64,000 bases of DNA from an uncultured Anaeromyxobacteraceae bacterium (GTDB lineage: Bacteria > Myxococcota_A > UBA9042 > DTJE01). A model generated the notes under the pieces. That model was not told the DNA's origin. It searched no databases and saw only the letters and a program-made list of their open reading frames with translations. Positions 28,485 to 40,298 of the stretch are shown piece by piece. The DNA lies in the NCBI GenBank assembly GCA_964522105.1, contig CAZFVA010000004.1:24740-88739 (forward strand), read 5' to 3'. Numbering within the stretch: the first letter of the stretch is position 1; each line of letters opens with the position of its first letter. The translations under genes were made by a program, and so were the position numbers.

Positions 28485-31334
28485 TTATTTCGGAAAAAGG
28501 ATGTCTTTGAGGGCTGTTCCGGTGCAGGACATTGGATTATCTGCAAGCTGTTCCGGGGTTCCGGAAGCGACTACATAGCCGCCGCCTTCGCCGCCTTCGG
28601 GGCCAAGATCGATAATGTGATCGGCGACTTTCATGATTTCCAGGTTGTGTTCGATCATCAGGACCGTGTTTCCCACTGAAACCAGGCTGTCTATTACCTT
28701 CAGAAGCTTTGCGACATCGTCGAAGTGCAGGCCGGTGCTCGGTTCATCCATTATATAGATGGTGCGGCCGGTCGCTGATCTTGCAAGCTCCCTGGACAGT
28801 TTGATGCGCTGGGCTTCGCCGCCTGAAAGGGTTGTAGATGGCTGGCCGAGGCCGATGTATCCAAGGCCTACGGCCTGAAGGGTCGTCAGGATCTTGGAAA
28901 TGCCCCGGGTGTTCTTGAATACCTCGGCGGCCTGGTCAACGGTCAGGTTCAGGACGTCCGAGATGCTCAGGTCTTTGTATTTGACACGCAGGGTCGCTTC
29001 ATTGAAGCGTTTGCCGCCACATTCGTCGCATGTCACGAAGACGTCGGGAAGAAAGTGCATTTCAACCCGGATGGCCCCGGCGCCCTGGCAGTTTTCGCAC
29101 CGCCCGCCGCGAACATTGAAAGAGAACCTGCCCGGTTGGTAGCCGAACGTTCTGGATTCCCGGGTTTCGGCAAAGACTTTTCTGATGTGATCAAAAAGCT
29201 TTGTGTAGGTGGCGGGGTTGGACCTGGGGGTTCTGCCGATAGGTTCCTGATTGATTACAATGACTTTGTCCAGATGTTTCAGGCCTTCGATGCTGTCAAA
29301 CGGCAGGCAGTGGGACGCTGACTGGAAAAAGTGGTTTTGAAGCGCCTTGCTTAATGTTTTTGTTACCAGTGACGACTTTCCGGCACCGGAAACGCCGGAA
29401 ACTACAGTGAAGGTGCCAAGGGGGATCGTTACATCAATGTTTTTAAGGTTATGACCTGTGGCGCCTTTGATGATCAGAGAGTGTTCCGATTTTCGGCGCT
29501 GGTCAGGTATCGGGATCGTTTTTCTACCCGAGATGTAGGCGCCGGTCAGCGATGATGCGGACTTCAGCATGTCGGCCGGCCGGCCTTCGAATATGATTTC
29601 GCCGCCGTGTATGCCTGCGCCGGGTCCGAACTCGATGATGTGGTCCGCGGCCATTATTGCGTCCCGGTCATGTTCGACTACAAGGACTGTGTTTCCAAGA
29701 TCCCGAAGCCTTTCAAGGGTTTGAATCAGCCTGCCGTTGTCCCTCGGGTGAAGGCCTATTGAAGGTTCATCAAGGATGTACGTGACTCCTGTCAGCTCGC
29801 TGCCCAGTTGACTGGCAAGTCGAATTCTTTGTGCTTCACCGCCTGAAAGGCTTGCGCCGCCGCGTGACAGGGTCAGATAGCCAAGTCCCAGATTCTTCAA
29901 AAGATTCAGTCGCGAAAGTATTTCCCGGCTCAGCTCTTCAGTGACCGGGGAGTTTTGTGAGTTAATCCTGATGTTTTCAATTACTTCGATAAGGTTTCCG
30001 ATTGCCATGTCTGACAGGTCAGAGATGCTGAAACCGGAGATTTTTACAGCCAGAGCTTCCTGTTTGAGCCTGTGTCCCCCACATTTCTCGCACGGCTGGT
30101 CAGTCAGAAAACGCTGGTAGTAGGCCCGCATTTCTTCGGATTTTGTTTCCCGCAACCGCCGCAGCAGCATGTTTGCGACCCCTTCGAACCGGACTGCCAG
30201 AGAGCCGTTGAAGCTCTTGGATTTCCATTCGACAGGAATTCGCTGGCTGTGACCGAACAGGATTAAATGTTGATGTGCAGTCGGGAGGTCTTTGAATGGA
30301 ATCTCCAGATCAATATTATGCTTTCTTGCATAACCCTGCAGTATTCCACCGGTTAATCCGTTGTCTTCAATTGCCTTCGCCCACGGTTCAATTGCGCCTG
30401 CGGATATTGAAAGGGTGGGATCCGGGATTACTTTTGAAGGGTCAATGGTCAGCGAGCGCCCGAGTCCGTTGCATTCCGGGCATGCACCGGCAGGATTATT
30501 GAAAGAAAACAATTGTGGAGTCAGTTCCGGGAATGAAACTCCGCAGTCTTCGCATGCCAGGTGTTCAGAAAAGATCCTTTCCTGACCGTCTTCAAGAATC
30601 ACAATCACGCGGCCTTTGCCGACCCTGAGTGCGGTTTCAATGGAATCTGTCAGTCTGGCCTCTGATCCTTCACGAATCAGAGCCCGGTCTATAATCACGT
30701 CCAGGTCGTGTTTTTTGTTTTTGTCGAGCGGTTCAAGTTCCGAAATTCTTGAAATAACGTCATTTATCCGGACTCTGACGAACCCGTCGGCTTCAAGCGA
30801 TTTCAGTAGATCCTTGAATTCGCCTTTTCGGTTGCGCACGACAGGTGCCAGGATTGTTGTTTTTGTGCCTGCCGCGTCTTTTGAAGTCGAAGTTTCTGCG
30901 GCAAGAGAAATAATTTCCCGCAGAATCTGGGCCGGTTCCTGTTTTGAGACGGTCTTTCCGCACAGGTGACAGTGTTGCCGTCCGGCTCGTGCAAACAGGA
31001 CGCGCAGATAATCATGGATTTCGGTGATCGTTCCGACTGTCGAACGCGGGTTTGATGATGCGCTTTTCTGTTCAATTGCTATGGTTGGCGTAAGACCTTG
31101 AATTCCATCATACTTTGGCCTTTCGAGCTGACCCAGAAACTGACGGGCATACGTTGAAAGGGATTCGATGTAGCGGCGCTGGCCCTCTGCAAAAACAGTG
31201 TCGAATGCCAGCGAAGTTTTCCCTGAGCCGCTCACCCCGGAAAAAACTACAAAACGTAGTTTAGGTATTTTGACCGTGACATTTTTCAGGTTGTGCTCTT
31301 TCGCGCCGGTCACAATTATGTGGTCGCTTGTCAT
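28485..31334 (-). CDS. uvrA: excinuclease ABC subunit A
   Basis: 949 aa. Two ABC modules (GVSGSGKSSL / [10 protein letters not shown] Walker A, LSGGEAQR signatures) and zinc-finger Cys pairs. Confidence 0.95.
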   Translation of the reverse strand: MTSDHIIVTGAKEHNLKNVTVKIPKLRFVVFSGVSGSGKTSLAFDTVFAEGQRRYIESLSTYARQFLGQLERPKYDGIQGLTPTIAIEQKSASSNPRSTVGTITEIHDYLRVLFARAGRQHCHLCGKTVSKQEPAQILREIISLAAETSTSKDAAGTKTTILAPVVRNRKGEFKDLLKSLEADGFVRVRINDVISRISELEPLDKNKKHDLDVIIDRALIREGSEARLTDSIETALRVGKGRVIVILEDGQERIFSEHLACEDCGVSFPELTPQLFSFNNPAGACPECNGLGRSLTIDPSKVIPDPTLSISAGAIEPWAKAIEDNGLTGGILQGYARKHNIDLEIPFKDLPTAHQHLILFGHSQRIPVEWKSKSFNGSLAVRFEGVANMLLRRLRETKSEEMRAYYQRFLTDQPCEKCGGHRLKQEALAVKISGFSISDLSDMAIGNLIEVIENIRINSQNSPVTEELSREILSRLNLLKNLGLGYLTLSRGGASLSGGEAQRIRLASQLGSELTGVTYILDEPSIGLHPRDNGRLIQTLERLRDLGNTVLVVEHDRDAIMAADHIIEFGPGAGIHGGEIIFEGRPADMLKSASSLTGAYISGRKTIPIPDQRRKSEHSLIIKGATGHNLKNIDVTIPLGTFTVVSGVSGAGKSSLVTKTLSKALQNHFFQSASHCLPFDSIEGLKHLDKVIVINQEPIGRTPRSNPATYTKLFDHIRKVFAETRESRTFGYQPGRFSFNVRGGRCENCQGAGAIRVEMHFLPDVFVTCDECGGKRFNEATLRVKYKDLSISDVLNLTVDQAAEVFKNTRGISKILTTLQAVGLGYIGLGQPSTTLSGGEAQRIKLSRELARSATGRTIYIMDEPSTGLHFDDVAKLLKVIDSLVSVGNTVLMIEHNLEIMKVADHIIDLGPEGGEGGGYVVASGTPEQLADNPMSCTGTALKDILFPK

Positions 31335-31495
31335 TATTGCCTCCAGGGCATCTGGAATTATATTGATGAACCGGCCAGAAGCCAGCCTTCTTGCAGCAGG
31401 CTGTTGATTGAAAAAGGTAATCTTTGGCTCTACATCGTTGACTTGATAACTGATTGCTGTGAAAGTTGAATGGGTGATACCATGTCACGACGCGG

Positions 31496-32275
31496 GTGTT
31501 TCCGGAGGAGTTGATGGAATTGCGATATGCGGGGGCGACCGACATCGGTCGTAAAAGAGATCACAACGAAGATAATCTGCTGCTTCAACCCGAAAACAGC
31601 CTGTTTGTAGTCTGCGACGGCATGGGAGGGCACGCCTGCGGAGAGGTTGCGTCTCAGATAGCCGTTGACGAGATTGGGCATTTTTTCAATTCCGCAAATG
31701 GGGATGGCGACGTCACATGGCCTTATAAGCCGGATTCCAGACTGTCAGCGCCGGAAAATAGACTTTCGGTCGGGATCAAGTGGGCGAATTTCAAGGTTCA
31801 TGAAATGGCGTCCAGCTCGGTTGAAAAGAAAGGGATGGGGACAACCTGTGTGGCAATGTATGTGGATGACGATCATGCATCGATTGCGCACGTGGGGGAC
31901 TCGAGGTGTTACCGGGTTCGTGATGGTCACATTGAACAGCTCACGACAGACCATTCCCTGCTTGAACAATATAAGCAACTGGCCAAGATTTCAGATGAGG
32001 AAATCAAGAACTTTCCTTATAAAAACATTATAGTACGTGCTCTTGGCATGAAGGAAACTGTTGTCGTAGACACCAGGTTCGAGGAATTCAGGCCCGGAGA
32101 TTGTTATCTTCTGTGTTGTGATGGGTTGTCCGGGGAACTGGACGACGAGGAGATCCTTGAAACGTGCGTGGAGTTTCAGGATGATCTTGATCGGTGCTGC
32201 GCGGAACTTGTTGAAAGGGCGAACACCAAGGGTGGTCGTGACAACATAACTGTGGTTTTAGTTAAGGGCGGTTGA
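31496..32275 (+). CDS. PP2C-family Ser/Thr protein phosphatase
   Basis: ATDIGRKRDHNEDN...VCDGMGGHACGEVAS...VGDSRCYRV...LLCCDGLS, the PPM motifs. Confidence 0.85.
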   Translation: MFPEELMELRYAGATDIGRKRDHNEDNLLLQPENSLFVVCDGMGGHACGEVASQIAVDEIGHFFNSANGDGDVTWPYKPDSRLSAPENRLSVGIKWANFKVHEMASSSVEKKGMGTTCVAMYVDDDHASIAHVGDSRCYRVRDGHIEQLTTDHSLLEQYKQLAKISDEEIKNFPYKNIIVRALGMKETVVVDTRFEEFRPGDCYLLCCDGLSGELDDEEILETCVEFQDDLDRCCAELVERANTKGGRDNITVVLVKGG

Positions 32276-32309
32276 TCCTTCCAGCCCTGAATTTCCTGGA
32301 GGTCGTCCG

Positions 32310-34556
32310 ATGAAGCGGCCGATGAAGAGCCTTTGCCTTATTTGTTTAGTCATTATGGTTGCTTCGTGTGGCACTTCCACAGGGGGGCCTGACACCTCGA
32401 TTCAGGATACTCTGACGGAAGATCCAGGAATTGATCTTGTAATTGCTTATGACACCGGTAGTGACGAATCGGATGGCCGCGATATTGTTTCCGATATTGT
32501 CGAAATCGAGGATTTTGATACGGTTGAGGTTGATACCGGCATAGAGCCTGGATATTTCGGATACCCGTGCACTGACAATCGGGAATGTTTTGTAAGTTTC
32601 TGCGTTCAGTCTGCCGAAGGAAATATCTGCACCAAGAACTGCTATGAAGAAGGGGACTGCCCCGAGTCGTGGAAGTGCAGATCCATCGCTGGTGCCGGCG
32701 GAGATCCAATCTATATCTGTCTGCCATCGGGCATCTGGCTCTGCAAGCCGTGTGAAACAAATGATGCCTGTTCTTCAACCATAAATGTTTCAAACGACCG
32801 GTGTGTCGTTTATGGGTCGGCCGGTAATTATTGTGGTGTTTCCTGCGGTCAGAAAGATGATCCCGAATGTCCGGGTGGTTTTTCCTGTCAGGAAGTCTCG
32901 ATTGTTGGTGGCGGAACAGCGTTTCAGTGTGTGCCGGACAATCAGGAGTGCACCTGCTCGGAAGCTGCCATTACTGCGTCAGCGTCTACGGCCTGTTTTG
33001 TTTCGAATCCGTCCGGGGTCTGTCGTGGAAGGCGGGAATGCGTTGATGGCGGGTTGACCCCGTGTGATGCAAGAACTCCGGCTGCCGAGACCTGCAATGG
33101 CTTCGATGATAATTGTGATGGCACTACTGACGAGGAAGGGTCTGAGGGCTGTCGCCCTTATTACATTGATAATGATCAGGACGGTTGGGGAATAGGTCTT
33201 GCCCATTGCCTCTGTGGTGACCCGGGACCTAGTTACACGACGAAACCTGGTGACTGTAACGACTCGTCTCTCGGTATGAATCCGTCGGTTCGCGAAGTTT
33301 GTAACGGGATGGATGATGACTGCAACGGAATAACAGATGAACAGAATTCATTCGGTTGCACCGATTATTCCCTTGATAATGATGGTGACGGGTTCGGTCA
33401 GCCAGGTGAAAAACGGTGTCTCTGCCAGAAAACGCCGCCTTTTACCGGTGCGGCTGTGGGCGATTGTGATGATGCCAGGGCGGATATCTGCCCCGACATC
33501 GGTAAGTGCAGGGAAAAATGTGACACCGTTGATAATGATTGTGATGGATCAACTGATGGCGAAAACGCTCTCGGTTGTACACCGTTCTATTTTGACGCTG
33601 ACCAGGATACATATGGGCTTCCCAGTAAGTTCAAGTGCCTTTGTGGTGCGTTAGGTCTGTACACTGCCACGAGGGCCGGCGATTGCAATGACACTGATCC
33701 AGAAATCAATTCAACGGGCGACGAAATCTGCAATGCCCTTGATGACAATTGCAACGGCAAGACGGACGAAGGTGTAGATGCAGATCTGTGTCCGCCACCA
33801 CCAGGCGTTGTTCTTCATGGATCCACGGGTTGCGATAAGCAATGCAAGCTCACTTCTTGTGACGGGGCAACTGTTGATGGCATTGGTAATTACGTTCCGG
33901 CCTGGTACGACGTTAATGGTGTCGTAAATGACGGCTGTGAATGTCAGGCAGATGTCGGCGAACAGCGTGGCGGACAGACCTGCAATTCGGCCATCAATCT
34001 GGGGGCCGTTCCAGACAGCGGATTCAAGGTTTCTTCTGACAATACGAGAGGCTCGGCTATACCGGCTTCCGACGTTGACTGGTATGTGTTCCAGGCCTCA
34101 GATCCAACTTGGAATGGCGAGACCGGGAACTGTGATTACTACAACGTTAGAATAAGGTTTATTACGAACCCTTCGAATCAGTTTGTTTTTGATGTGTTCC
34201 GCGGGTCGTGCGCCGGTGCCGATCAGATTTGCAGTGAAAAACTTAATCATGAGTGGGCAGTAAATTTTATTTCAGGAAGCGGGTCGGCAAAGCGCGGGGA
34301 ATGCCCATGTTCCGCCAATTATCAGGCCAATTGTGATGCACCGGACAATTATCAGGAATGTTTGAGAGTTCAGGGAACGCCTCAGAATTGTAATTCCTGT
34401 CCCGGATACGGGTCTCCAAACAACAACGTCTGCACCGACAATTCAGCCAGGGTTTATGTGAAGGTTTTCAGAGATCCGCTGGTGGCCCCGACTTGTGCAA
34501 CCTATGAGTTGGAGATCAGCAACGGGTTGTATCCATTCTCGGGTACGATCAATTAG
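32310..34556 (+). CDS. secreted Cys-rich lipoprotein with MopE-like putative metal-binding repeats
   Basis: Lipobox IMVASCGT. Repeats CNGFDDNCDGTTDE, CNGMDDDCNGITDE, CDTVDNDCDGSTDG, CNALDDNCNGKTDE and others spaced by Cys-rich modules. Confidence 0.65.
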   Translation: MKRPMKSLCLICLVIMVASCGTSTGGPDTSIQDTLTEDPGIDLVIAYDTGSDESDGRDIVSDIVEIEDFDTVEVDTGIEPGYFGYPCTDNRECFVSFCVQSAEGNICTKNCYEEGDCPESWKCRSIAGAGGDPIYICLPSGIWLCKPCETNDACSSTINVSNDRCVVYGSAGNYCGVSCGQKDDPECPGGFSCQEVSIVGGGTAFQCVPDNQECTCSEAAITASASTACFVSNPSGVCRGRRECVDGGLTPCDARTPAAETCNGFDDNCDGTTDEEGSEGCRPYYIDNDQDGWGIGLAHCLCGDPGPSYTTKPGDCNDSSLGMNPSVREVCNGMDDDCNGITDEQNSFGCTDYSLDNDGDGFGQPGEKRCLCQKTPPFTGAAVGDCDDARADICPDIGKCREKCDTVDNDCDGSTDGENALGCTPFYFDADQDTYGLPSKFKCLCGALGLYTATRAGDCNDTDPEINSTGDEICNALDDNCNGKTDEGVDADLCPPPPGVVLHGSTGCDKQCKLTSCDGATVDGIGNYVPAWYDVNGVVNDGCECQADVGEQRGGQTCNSAINLGAVPDSGFKVSSDNTRGSAIPASDVDWYVFQASDPTWNGETGNCDYYNVRIRFITNPSNQFVFDVFRGSCAGADQICSEKLNHEWAVNFISGSGSAKRGECPCSANYQANCDAPDNYQECLRVQGTPQNCNSCPGYGSPNNNVCTDNSARVYVKVFRDPLVAPTCATYELEISNGLYPFSGTIN

Positions 34557-34680
34557 GCCCAATTCTTTTGACTTCCTAAAGATAATAGAATCTTGTATGC
34601 TATCACGCCTTTGGTTTACGTCAGGCGAAGCAGGCGTGGCGCCTGCGCCGCACCCGCATAAATGAAACCGGAGTTTCAGG

Positions 34681-36453
34681 GTGTCCGCAGATTTTGAACA
34701 GGCGGTACGGGAGATTCTTGACCGGGTTGATCTGGTCAAGCTGGTATCGGAATATGTTCAACTTTCCAGACGGGGCGCAACCTGGTGGGGGCTTTGTCCG
34801 TTTCATTCTGAAAAGACGCCGTCATTTTCTGTAAATCCCAAGAAAGGTTTCTATTATTGTTTTGGATGTCAGAGTGGTGGAAACGCAATTTCATTTTTGA
34901 AGCAGGTTGATGGTCTTTCAGGTCGCGAGACTATTTTGCGTCTTGCGGCAGAGGTCGGGGTCGAACTTCCGGATTCGGCAGCAGCAGATCCGGCAGAAGA
35001 GGCGGCTGCAAAAGAACGATCCGGGATTATGCATGCCCTGGCGGTGGCTCAGGAGTATTTCGTGAGTGTTCTGTATGGCGCTGATGGCGGTGAAGCTCGT
35101 CAGTATCTTATGGGGCGCGGAATAGACCCTGAAACTGCAACGTTGTTCGGGCTTGGTTACGGTGGCGATGGCGAGGGGCTGTCCAGGGCGCTGGTTTCCA
35201 GAGGGGTGTCAACAAAGATGGCAGAGGCCGCCGGCCTGATATCCCCAAAGAAATTCGGTTCTGGCTGGTATGAAAGATTCAGGGGGCGGGTAATTTGCCC
35301 CGTTTATAGTAATGAGGGTGCGCCAATAGCTTTTTCGGCAAGAATATTAAGTGCTTCTGATGAAGGTCCGAAGTACATGAACAGCCCTGAAACACTGGTT
35401 TTCAGGAAGAGTAATTCGGTGTTCGGCCTTTATCAGGCTAAACAGGCCATAAGGCAGGCTCACCGCGTGATTCTGGTTGAGGGTAATTTTGACGTTATAT
35501 CTTTAGCCGCTGCCGGTATCAGGAACGTTGTGGCCCCGCTGGGAACGGCTCTGACGTCATCCCAGGTCAGGCAGATGTCGCGGTTTACGGATCGGGTGAC
35601 CGTTTTTTTTGATGGTGATGAAGCCGGGTTCAAGGCTTCACGCAGGGCTGTCGGGATCCTTGTCGAAGAGGGTGTAGACGGCAGTGTGGTTGTGGCACCA
35701 GCTGGTGAAGATCCTGATTCCATTGTGACTGCGGGGGGTCGGGTTGCTGTCGAGGCCGCGGTCGAGCGTGCGAAGCCGATGGTTTCCTGGCTTGTTGATT
35801 CGCTGGTTTCTGTTCACGGTAGAACGCCTCATGGTATCAGGGCGGTGGTGCAGGATGTCACGGAAGTCCTGTCAGGCGAAAAAGATCGGATCAGATCTGG
35901 ATTGTACCGTGAAGAGATTGCACGGATTCTGGGGATTGATGTCAGGGAACTTAAAGCAGTGATGGGGAATCCGACTTCCAGGGCTTGCAGGCCGGAAGGC
36001 GACGAGCAGCCTAAAGCAGAAGTGACGATGCTTAAACTGCTGCTTCTGGATTCATGCTTGATAGATACATTGCTCGAGAAAGGTGGGCGCGAGCTGTTTA
36101 CGTCTGCCGAAACCCGGGCATTGCTTCAGGAAATGATAGACCTTGTTCTTGATGGTAAAGAGCCGGACAGAGAGATGGTAACCGGTGCTGTTGAGGCAGG
36201 TACGACGAAGGCTTCGGTTCTGAGTGTGCTTGCCGAACCCTTGACGTATCCAGATCCGCTGAAGGCGTTTGATGAGACTTTTTTCGAGCTCAGGATTGCC
36301 TTCCTGAACAGGCGTATCTGTGAACTGAATCGTGAAATGTGTGAGACGGTTGAGGATGACGAGAAGCTGCGATTGCTTCAGGAAGTCTCGACTATTGAAA
36401 AAGAGCTCAAGAACACCGGACCCTCCCAGTGGAGATTTCGGGGGGCTTTATAA
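34681..36453 (+). CDS. dnaG: DNA primase
   Basis: CHC2 zinc finger CPFHSEKTPSF...YYCFGCQSGGNAISF. TOPRIM region ...ILVEGNFDVISL...FFDGDEAG. Confidence 0.9.
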   Translation: MSADFEQAVREILDRVDLVKLVSEYVQLSRRGATWWGLCPFHSEKTPSFSVNPKKGFYYCFGCQSGGNAISFLKQVDGLSGRETILRLAAEVGVELPDSAAADPAEEAAAKERSGIMHALAVAQEYFVSVLYGADGGEARQYLMGRGIDPETATLFGLGYGGDGEGLSRALVSRGVSTKMAEAAGLISPKKFGSGWYERFRGRVICPVYSNEGAPIAFSARILSASDEGPKYMNSPETLVFRKSNSVFGLYQAKQAIRQAHRVILVEGNFDVISLAAAGIRNVVAPLGTALTSSQVRQMSRFTDRVTVFFDGDEAGFKASRRAVGILVEEGVDGSVVVAPAGEDPDSIVTAGGRVAVEAAVERAKPMVSWLVDSLVSVHGRTPHGIRAVVQDVTEVLSGEKDRIRSGLYREEIARILGIDVRELKAVMGNPTSRACRPEGDEQPKAEVTMLKLLLLDSCLIDTLLEKGGRELFTSAETRALLQEMIDLVLDGKEPDREMVTGAVEAGTTKASVLSVLAEPLTYPDPLKAFDETFFELRIAFLNRRICELNREMCETVEDDEKLRLLQEVSTIEKELKNTGPSQWRFRGAL

Positions 36454-36468
36454 TACAAGCGCTGAAAC

Positions 36469-38226
36469 GTGCCCGGCAGCCTTGAACAGAGGTGGCGAAT
36501 GGAAACTACAGAGATCAAACGTCTTGTTGACATGGGAAAAAAGCGTGGCGGGCATTTGACCTTCGATGAGCTGAACGTGGCGATATCGAAGAGTAATGTG
36601 CCTGTTGATGACATTGATGATGTCTTGACGCAGCTTAGAACGGCCGGCGTTGAAGTTGTGGAAGGCAACGCAACGAAGTCATCAAAGATGAAGGACTCGG
36701 TGTCAGTTCCTGTGGACGAGGATTCGTACTCGGAAGCCTATGGAAAGTCCAATGATCCCGTCAGGATGTATCTGAGGCGGATGGGCGAGGTGCCTCTTCT
36801 GAATCGTGAAGGCGAAGTTGAGATCGCCAAACGGATCGAGGAAGGGGAACTGGAAGTTTTCGGTCTGATCATGGAGACCGACATCGCAATCGCTGAAATC
36901 CTGTCCCTTGAGGATCGGCTTAGAAGAAATCGGGTCAGCATCAAACAGATAGTCAAAGACCTTGATGAAGATGAAGAGGTCGGGGACGAGGTAGCCACCC
37001 GCAAAAGAGTGCTGGATCTGCTGGATCGGGCAAAAGAACTGGATAAGGTCATTCATCGCGAGGCGATGCTGCTTGAAAAGCCAAATCAGTCTCAGAAGGC
37101 CCGGACGGCGCTTGAGGCCCAGCTTGAGGCTCATAAGTATGAGATGAAGATGGTCCTGGTCGGGATGAGGCTGAATCAGTATCTTATTCGCGAGATCGTC
37201 GAGAAGCTGAAGGACCATGTAAAGAAGGTTAACGTTGCAAGATGTGAAATCAGGTCTGTCGAGCGCATGGTTGGCGATGACCTTTCCAACCTTCGCAGAT
37301 TGCTTCGCGACGCCAAGGTGTCTGAAGACCGCAAAGCAATAACAGATGACAGCCGGGCCTTTGATCTTGAGCAGCTCGAGGAGATGGAGCACAAGGTTCA
37401 GAACGCCCGCAAACGCATAAGGGCTGTTGAACAGAAGGCTAATCTGGAGGCTGATAATCTGCTGAGTACTCAGCAGGCGATTATGTCTGCCGAGAAGCGG
37501 ACCGAGAAGGCGAAGTGGGAGTTGGTTGAAGCCAATCTGCGGCTGGTCGTCTCGATTGCCAAGAAATACACCAACCGTGGCCTGCAGTTTCTGGATCTGA
37601 TTCAGGAAGGCAATATCGGCCTGATGAAGGCTGTCGAGAAGTTTGAATATCGCAGGGGATACAAGTTTTCGACGTATGCCACCTGGTGGATTCGTCAGGC
37701 GATTACGCGCGCAATCGCTGATCAGGCAAGGACGATTCGAATTCCGGTTCATATGATTGAAACCATCAACAAGCTGGTTCGCACCAGCAGATATCTGGTC
37801 CAGGAGTACGGTCGTGAGCCGACACCTGAAGAGATCAGCGAAAAGATGGAGATTCCGGTCGAGAAGGTTCGCAAGGTAATGAAGATTGCCAGAGAGCCTA
37901 TCTCGCTTGAAACCCCGATCGGTGAAGAAGAAGACTCGCATCTCGGCGATTTCATTGAAGATAAAAAGACGCCGTCACCGGCTGATTCGGTAGTTAAGGC
38001 AAACCTGGCCGAACAGATGCGCAAAGTGTTGTGCGGCCTGGGTACCAGGGAAGAAAAGGTTCTGCGCATGCGTTTCGGGATTGGGGAAAAGAGCGATCAC
38101 ACCCTTGAAGAAGTCGGTCAGGAGTTCAGAGTAACTCGTGAACGAATTCGTCAGATCGAAGCCAAGGCGCTGCGTAAGCTTCGGCATCCTTCCAGATCAA
38201 AGAAACTGAAAACATTCCTTGAGTAG
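36469..38226 (+). CDS. rpoD: RNA polymerase primary sigma factor (sigma-70)
   Basis: Regions 1.2 to 4 present: [43 protein letters not shown], and the [27 protein letters not shown] 4.2 HTH. Confidence 0.95.
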   Translation: MPGSLEQRWRMETTEIKRLVDMGKKRGGHLTFDELNVAISKSNVPVDDIDDVLTQLRTAGVEVVEGNATKSSKMKDSVSVPVDEDSYSEAYGKSNDPVRMYLRRMGEVPLLNREGEVEIAKRIEEGELEVFGLIMETDIAIAEILSLEDRLRRNRVSIKQIVKDLDEDEEVGDEVATRKRVLDLLDRAKELDKVIHREAMLLEKPNQSQKARTALEAQLEAHKYEMKMVLVGMRLNQYLIREIVEKLKDHVKKVNVARCEIRSVERMVGDDLSNLRRLLRDAKVSEDRKAITDDSRAFDLEQLEEMEHKVQNARKRIRAVEQKANLEADNLLSTQQAIMSAEKRTEKAKWELVEANLRLVVSIAKKYTNRGLQFLDLIQEGNIGLMKAVEKFEYRRGYKFSTYATWWIRQAITRAIADQARTIRIPVHMIETINKLVRTSRYLVQEYGREPTPEEISEKMEIPVEKVRKVMKIAREPISLETPIGEEEDSHLGDFIEDKKTPSPADSVVKANLAEQMRKVLCGLGTREEKVLRMRFGIGEKSDHTLEEVGQEFRVTRERIRQIEAKALRKLRHPSRSKKLKTFLE

Positions 38227-38259
38227 CCGAAATCATTCCGCAATTCCGGAATCAATTTA

Positions 38260-39531
38260 ATGGATGACATTCTGAAGTTAAGTTTTCTTGGCCATCTTCA
38301 GCGCTCGGGGATAGTTCCCGGTCTGGAGAGGATGAGAGAACTGATGGAGGCGACAGGTCATCCACAGTTGGCATATCCGACAATTCTGGTGACCGGGACT
38401 AACGGGAAGGGTTCGACAGCTTGTTTGATCGAATCAATTCTGCGGACTGCCGGGTACAGGACCGGGCGCTTCACATCGCCCCATCTGGTTGACGTTCGTG
38501 AACGGATCGTGATTGACGGCAAGATGATTGATGAGGCGACTTTTGCGGAAATTGGCGCCACGCTTGCGCAAGTGATGAATGAGCGGGGCATTCAGGCGAC
38601 CTTTTTCGAGGCGCTGTCTGCAGTTGGCTTTCTGGCTTTTCGAAAGGCTGAAGTTGATATCGCGGTCGTGGAAATTGGAATGGGCGGGCGGTTTGATTCC
38701 ACTAACGTTGCGGAGCCTGTCGTGTCGGTTCTGACAAATGTGGGCCTCGATCATGTCAATTTTCTGGGGAACAGTCGCAGGGCGATTGCCGGGGAAAAAG
38801 TCGGCGTTGCCAGGGCGGGCCGCCCATTTGTAACGGCGGTTGATGATGACATTTTTGATTCGACGGTCGGCCCGGAGTTATTGAGAGTCGGAGCCGTTCC
38901 GGTTCGTGCTGACAGGGATTTCAAGTATTTCGATGGGCCGGATGGGCTTGACTGGTGTGGAAGTTCCCGGGAATACAGGGGTCTTGTGTCAGGCCTCAAG
39001 GGGAAATTTCAGGCGGCAAATATTGCGGTGGCTGTTGCGGCCGTCGAATGCCTTTGTGAGAGTGGGTCTGGTTTCTGTGTTGATGAAGGGGCAATCAGGA
39101 AAGGTCTGAGCGCGGCAGTCTGGCCAGGTAGATTTCAGGTTGTGTCTACAGGGCCGACGGTCATTGTTGACGGGTGCCATAATGTGCATGCGGCGCAAAG
39201 CCTGCGGGAAGATCTGGCGTCACTTGCCGGGCCGATGATTCTGGTCCACGGCAGCAGGCCGGAGAAGGATTATGGCGGCGTGTTGAAGCTGATTGCCCCA
39301 TTTTTTGATGCTGTTATTGAAACCGGTTTCATCGGTGGCGCAGATCCGGTTGATCTTGGCAGGGCGGCGCGTGATTGTGTTCGAGACGGTGTCTGTGTTG
39401 AAGAGATTCCTGATCTGGTAACGGCAATCACGAAGGCCACCGAGCTGTCAGGTACTGCGGGAACCGTCGTTATTACAGGTTCACTTTACATGATTGGCGC
39501 TGCAATCCGGGACATGGGCTGGGGCGTTTGA
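38260..39531 (+). CDS. folC: bifunctional folylpolyglutamate synthase / dihydrofolate synthase (Mur ligase family)
   Basis: P-loop VTGTNGKGST. Mur-ligase middle and C-terminal domains. 423 aa. Confidence 0.8.
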   Translation: MDDILKLSFLGHLQRSGIVPGLERMRELMEATGHPQLAYPTILVTGTNGKGSTACLIESILRTAGYRTGRFTSPHLVDVRERIVIDGKMIDEATFAEIGATLAQVMNERGIQATFFEALSAVGFLAFRKAEVDIAVVEIGMGGRFDSTNVAEPVVSVLTNVGLDHVNFLGNSRRAIAGEKVGVARAGRPFVTAVDDDIFDSTVGPELLRVGAVPVRADRDFKYFDGPDGLDWCGSSREYRGLVSGLKGKFQAANIAVAVAAVECLCESGSGFCVDEGAIRKGLSAAVWPGRFQVVSTGPTVIVDGCHNVHAAQSLREDLASLAGPMILVHGSRPEKDYGGVLKLIAPFFDAVIETGFIGGADPVDLGRAARDCVRDGVCVEEIPDLVTAITKATELSGTAGTVVITGSLYMIGAAIRDMGWGV

Positions 39532-39599
39532 CGTGATACTATCTGGTGGCAGACGCAGGCCGGTCTGAACGTTTTCTTATTAAGCAAGGCGGACGCAGG

Positions 39600-40139
39600 A
39601 TGGAATTTCTGCCCGGGGAAGAACCGGAAAAAATCTTGATGGTTCTGGCTTCGAAGGATTTCAGCGATGACGAATATCTGATTTCCAGAGCAGCGTTTGA
39701 AGAGGCTGGATTTCAGGTTGTCGTGTGTTCTTCAGTTCCAGGCAGGATCAGGGGTGCGGCCGGCACGTGGGTTATCGTTGATCAGTTGATTTATGAAGTC
39801 CGCGCCCACGGTTTTGCGGCCCTTGTTTTTGTTGGCGGTGACGGCGCGTCAGAGTATTTCAGTTCGAAGGTTGCCCATCGTCTTGCAGCCGAGGCCGAAG
39901 CAGGCGCCGTGGTCATCGGGGCGATATGTGTTGCGCCATCAATACTTGCGGAAGCCGGGATGCTTGAGATGCGCAGGGCAACGTGTCATGTCAGCCGCCG
40001 GGAACATCTGAACTGCAGTAAAGCGGTCATGGTTGATGAGCCCGTGGTCAGTTCGGAATGGATTGTCACCGCGTCAGGTCCGGCCGTTTCAAAAAGATTT
40101 GCGGCGGCAGTTCTTGAATTGATTGCCAGACGCAGATAA
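39600..40139 (+). CDS. DJ-1/PfpI family protein
   Basis: ILMVLASKDFSDDEY...GAICVAPSILAEAGML (nucleophile-elbow Cys). The ORF track starts it at 39546; MEFLP is the more plausible start. Confidence 0.65.
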   Translation: MEFLPGEEPEKILMVLASKDFSDDEYLISRAAFEEAGFQVVVCSSVPGRIRGAAGTWVIVDQLIYEVRAHGFAALVFVGGDGASEYFSSKVAHRLAAEAEAGAVVIGAICVAPSILAEAGMLEMRRATCHVSRREHLNCSKAVMVDEPVVSSEWIVTASGPAVSKRFAAAVLELIARRR

Positions 40140-40298
40140 CTAAAGCAAATTCAATTAGTTAATCCTGTTTTTGCCTGCAGGGCCAATGTGTCAAAACTTG
40201 ACATGATCGCCGTGATGTTGGAATCTCACGTCCGGACGGACACCGGGGCATTGCCCGGTGTACCTGGCTTATGGCTGGTCCATATGGAGGAGATTTCG

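Noticed and set aside
34625-34650. Small hairpin caggcg-tgg-cgcctg upstream of dnaG
   Set aside because: 6-bp stem without a T-tract. Not convincing as a terminator or riboswitch.
36703-37941. 412-aa minus-strand ORF
   Set aside because: Antisense to rpoD. Low-complexity shadow frame.
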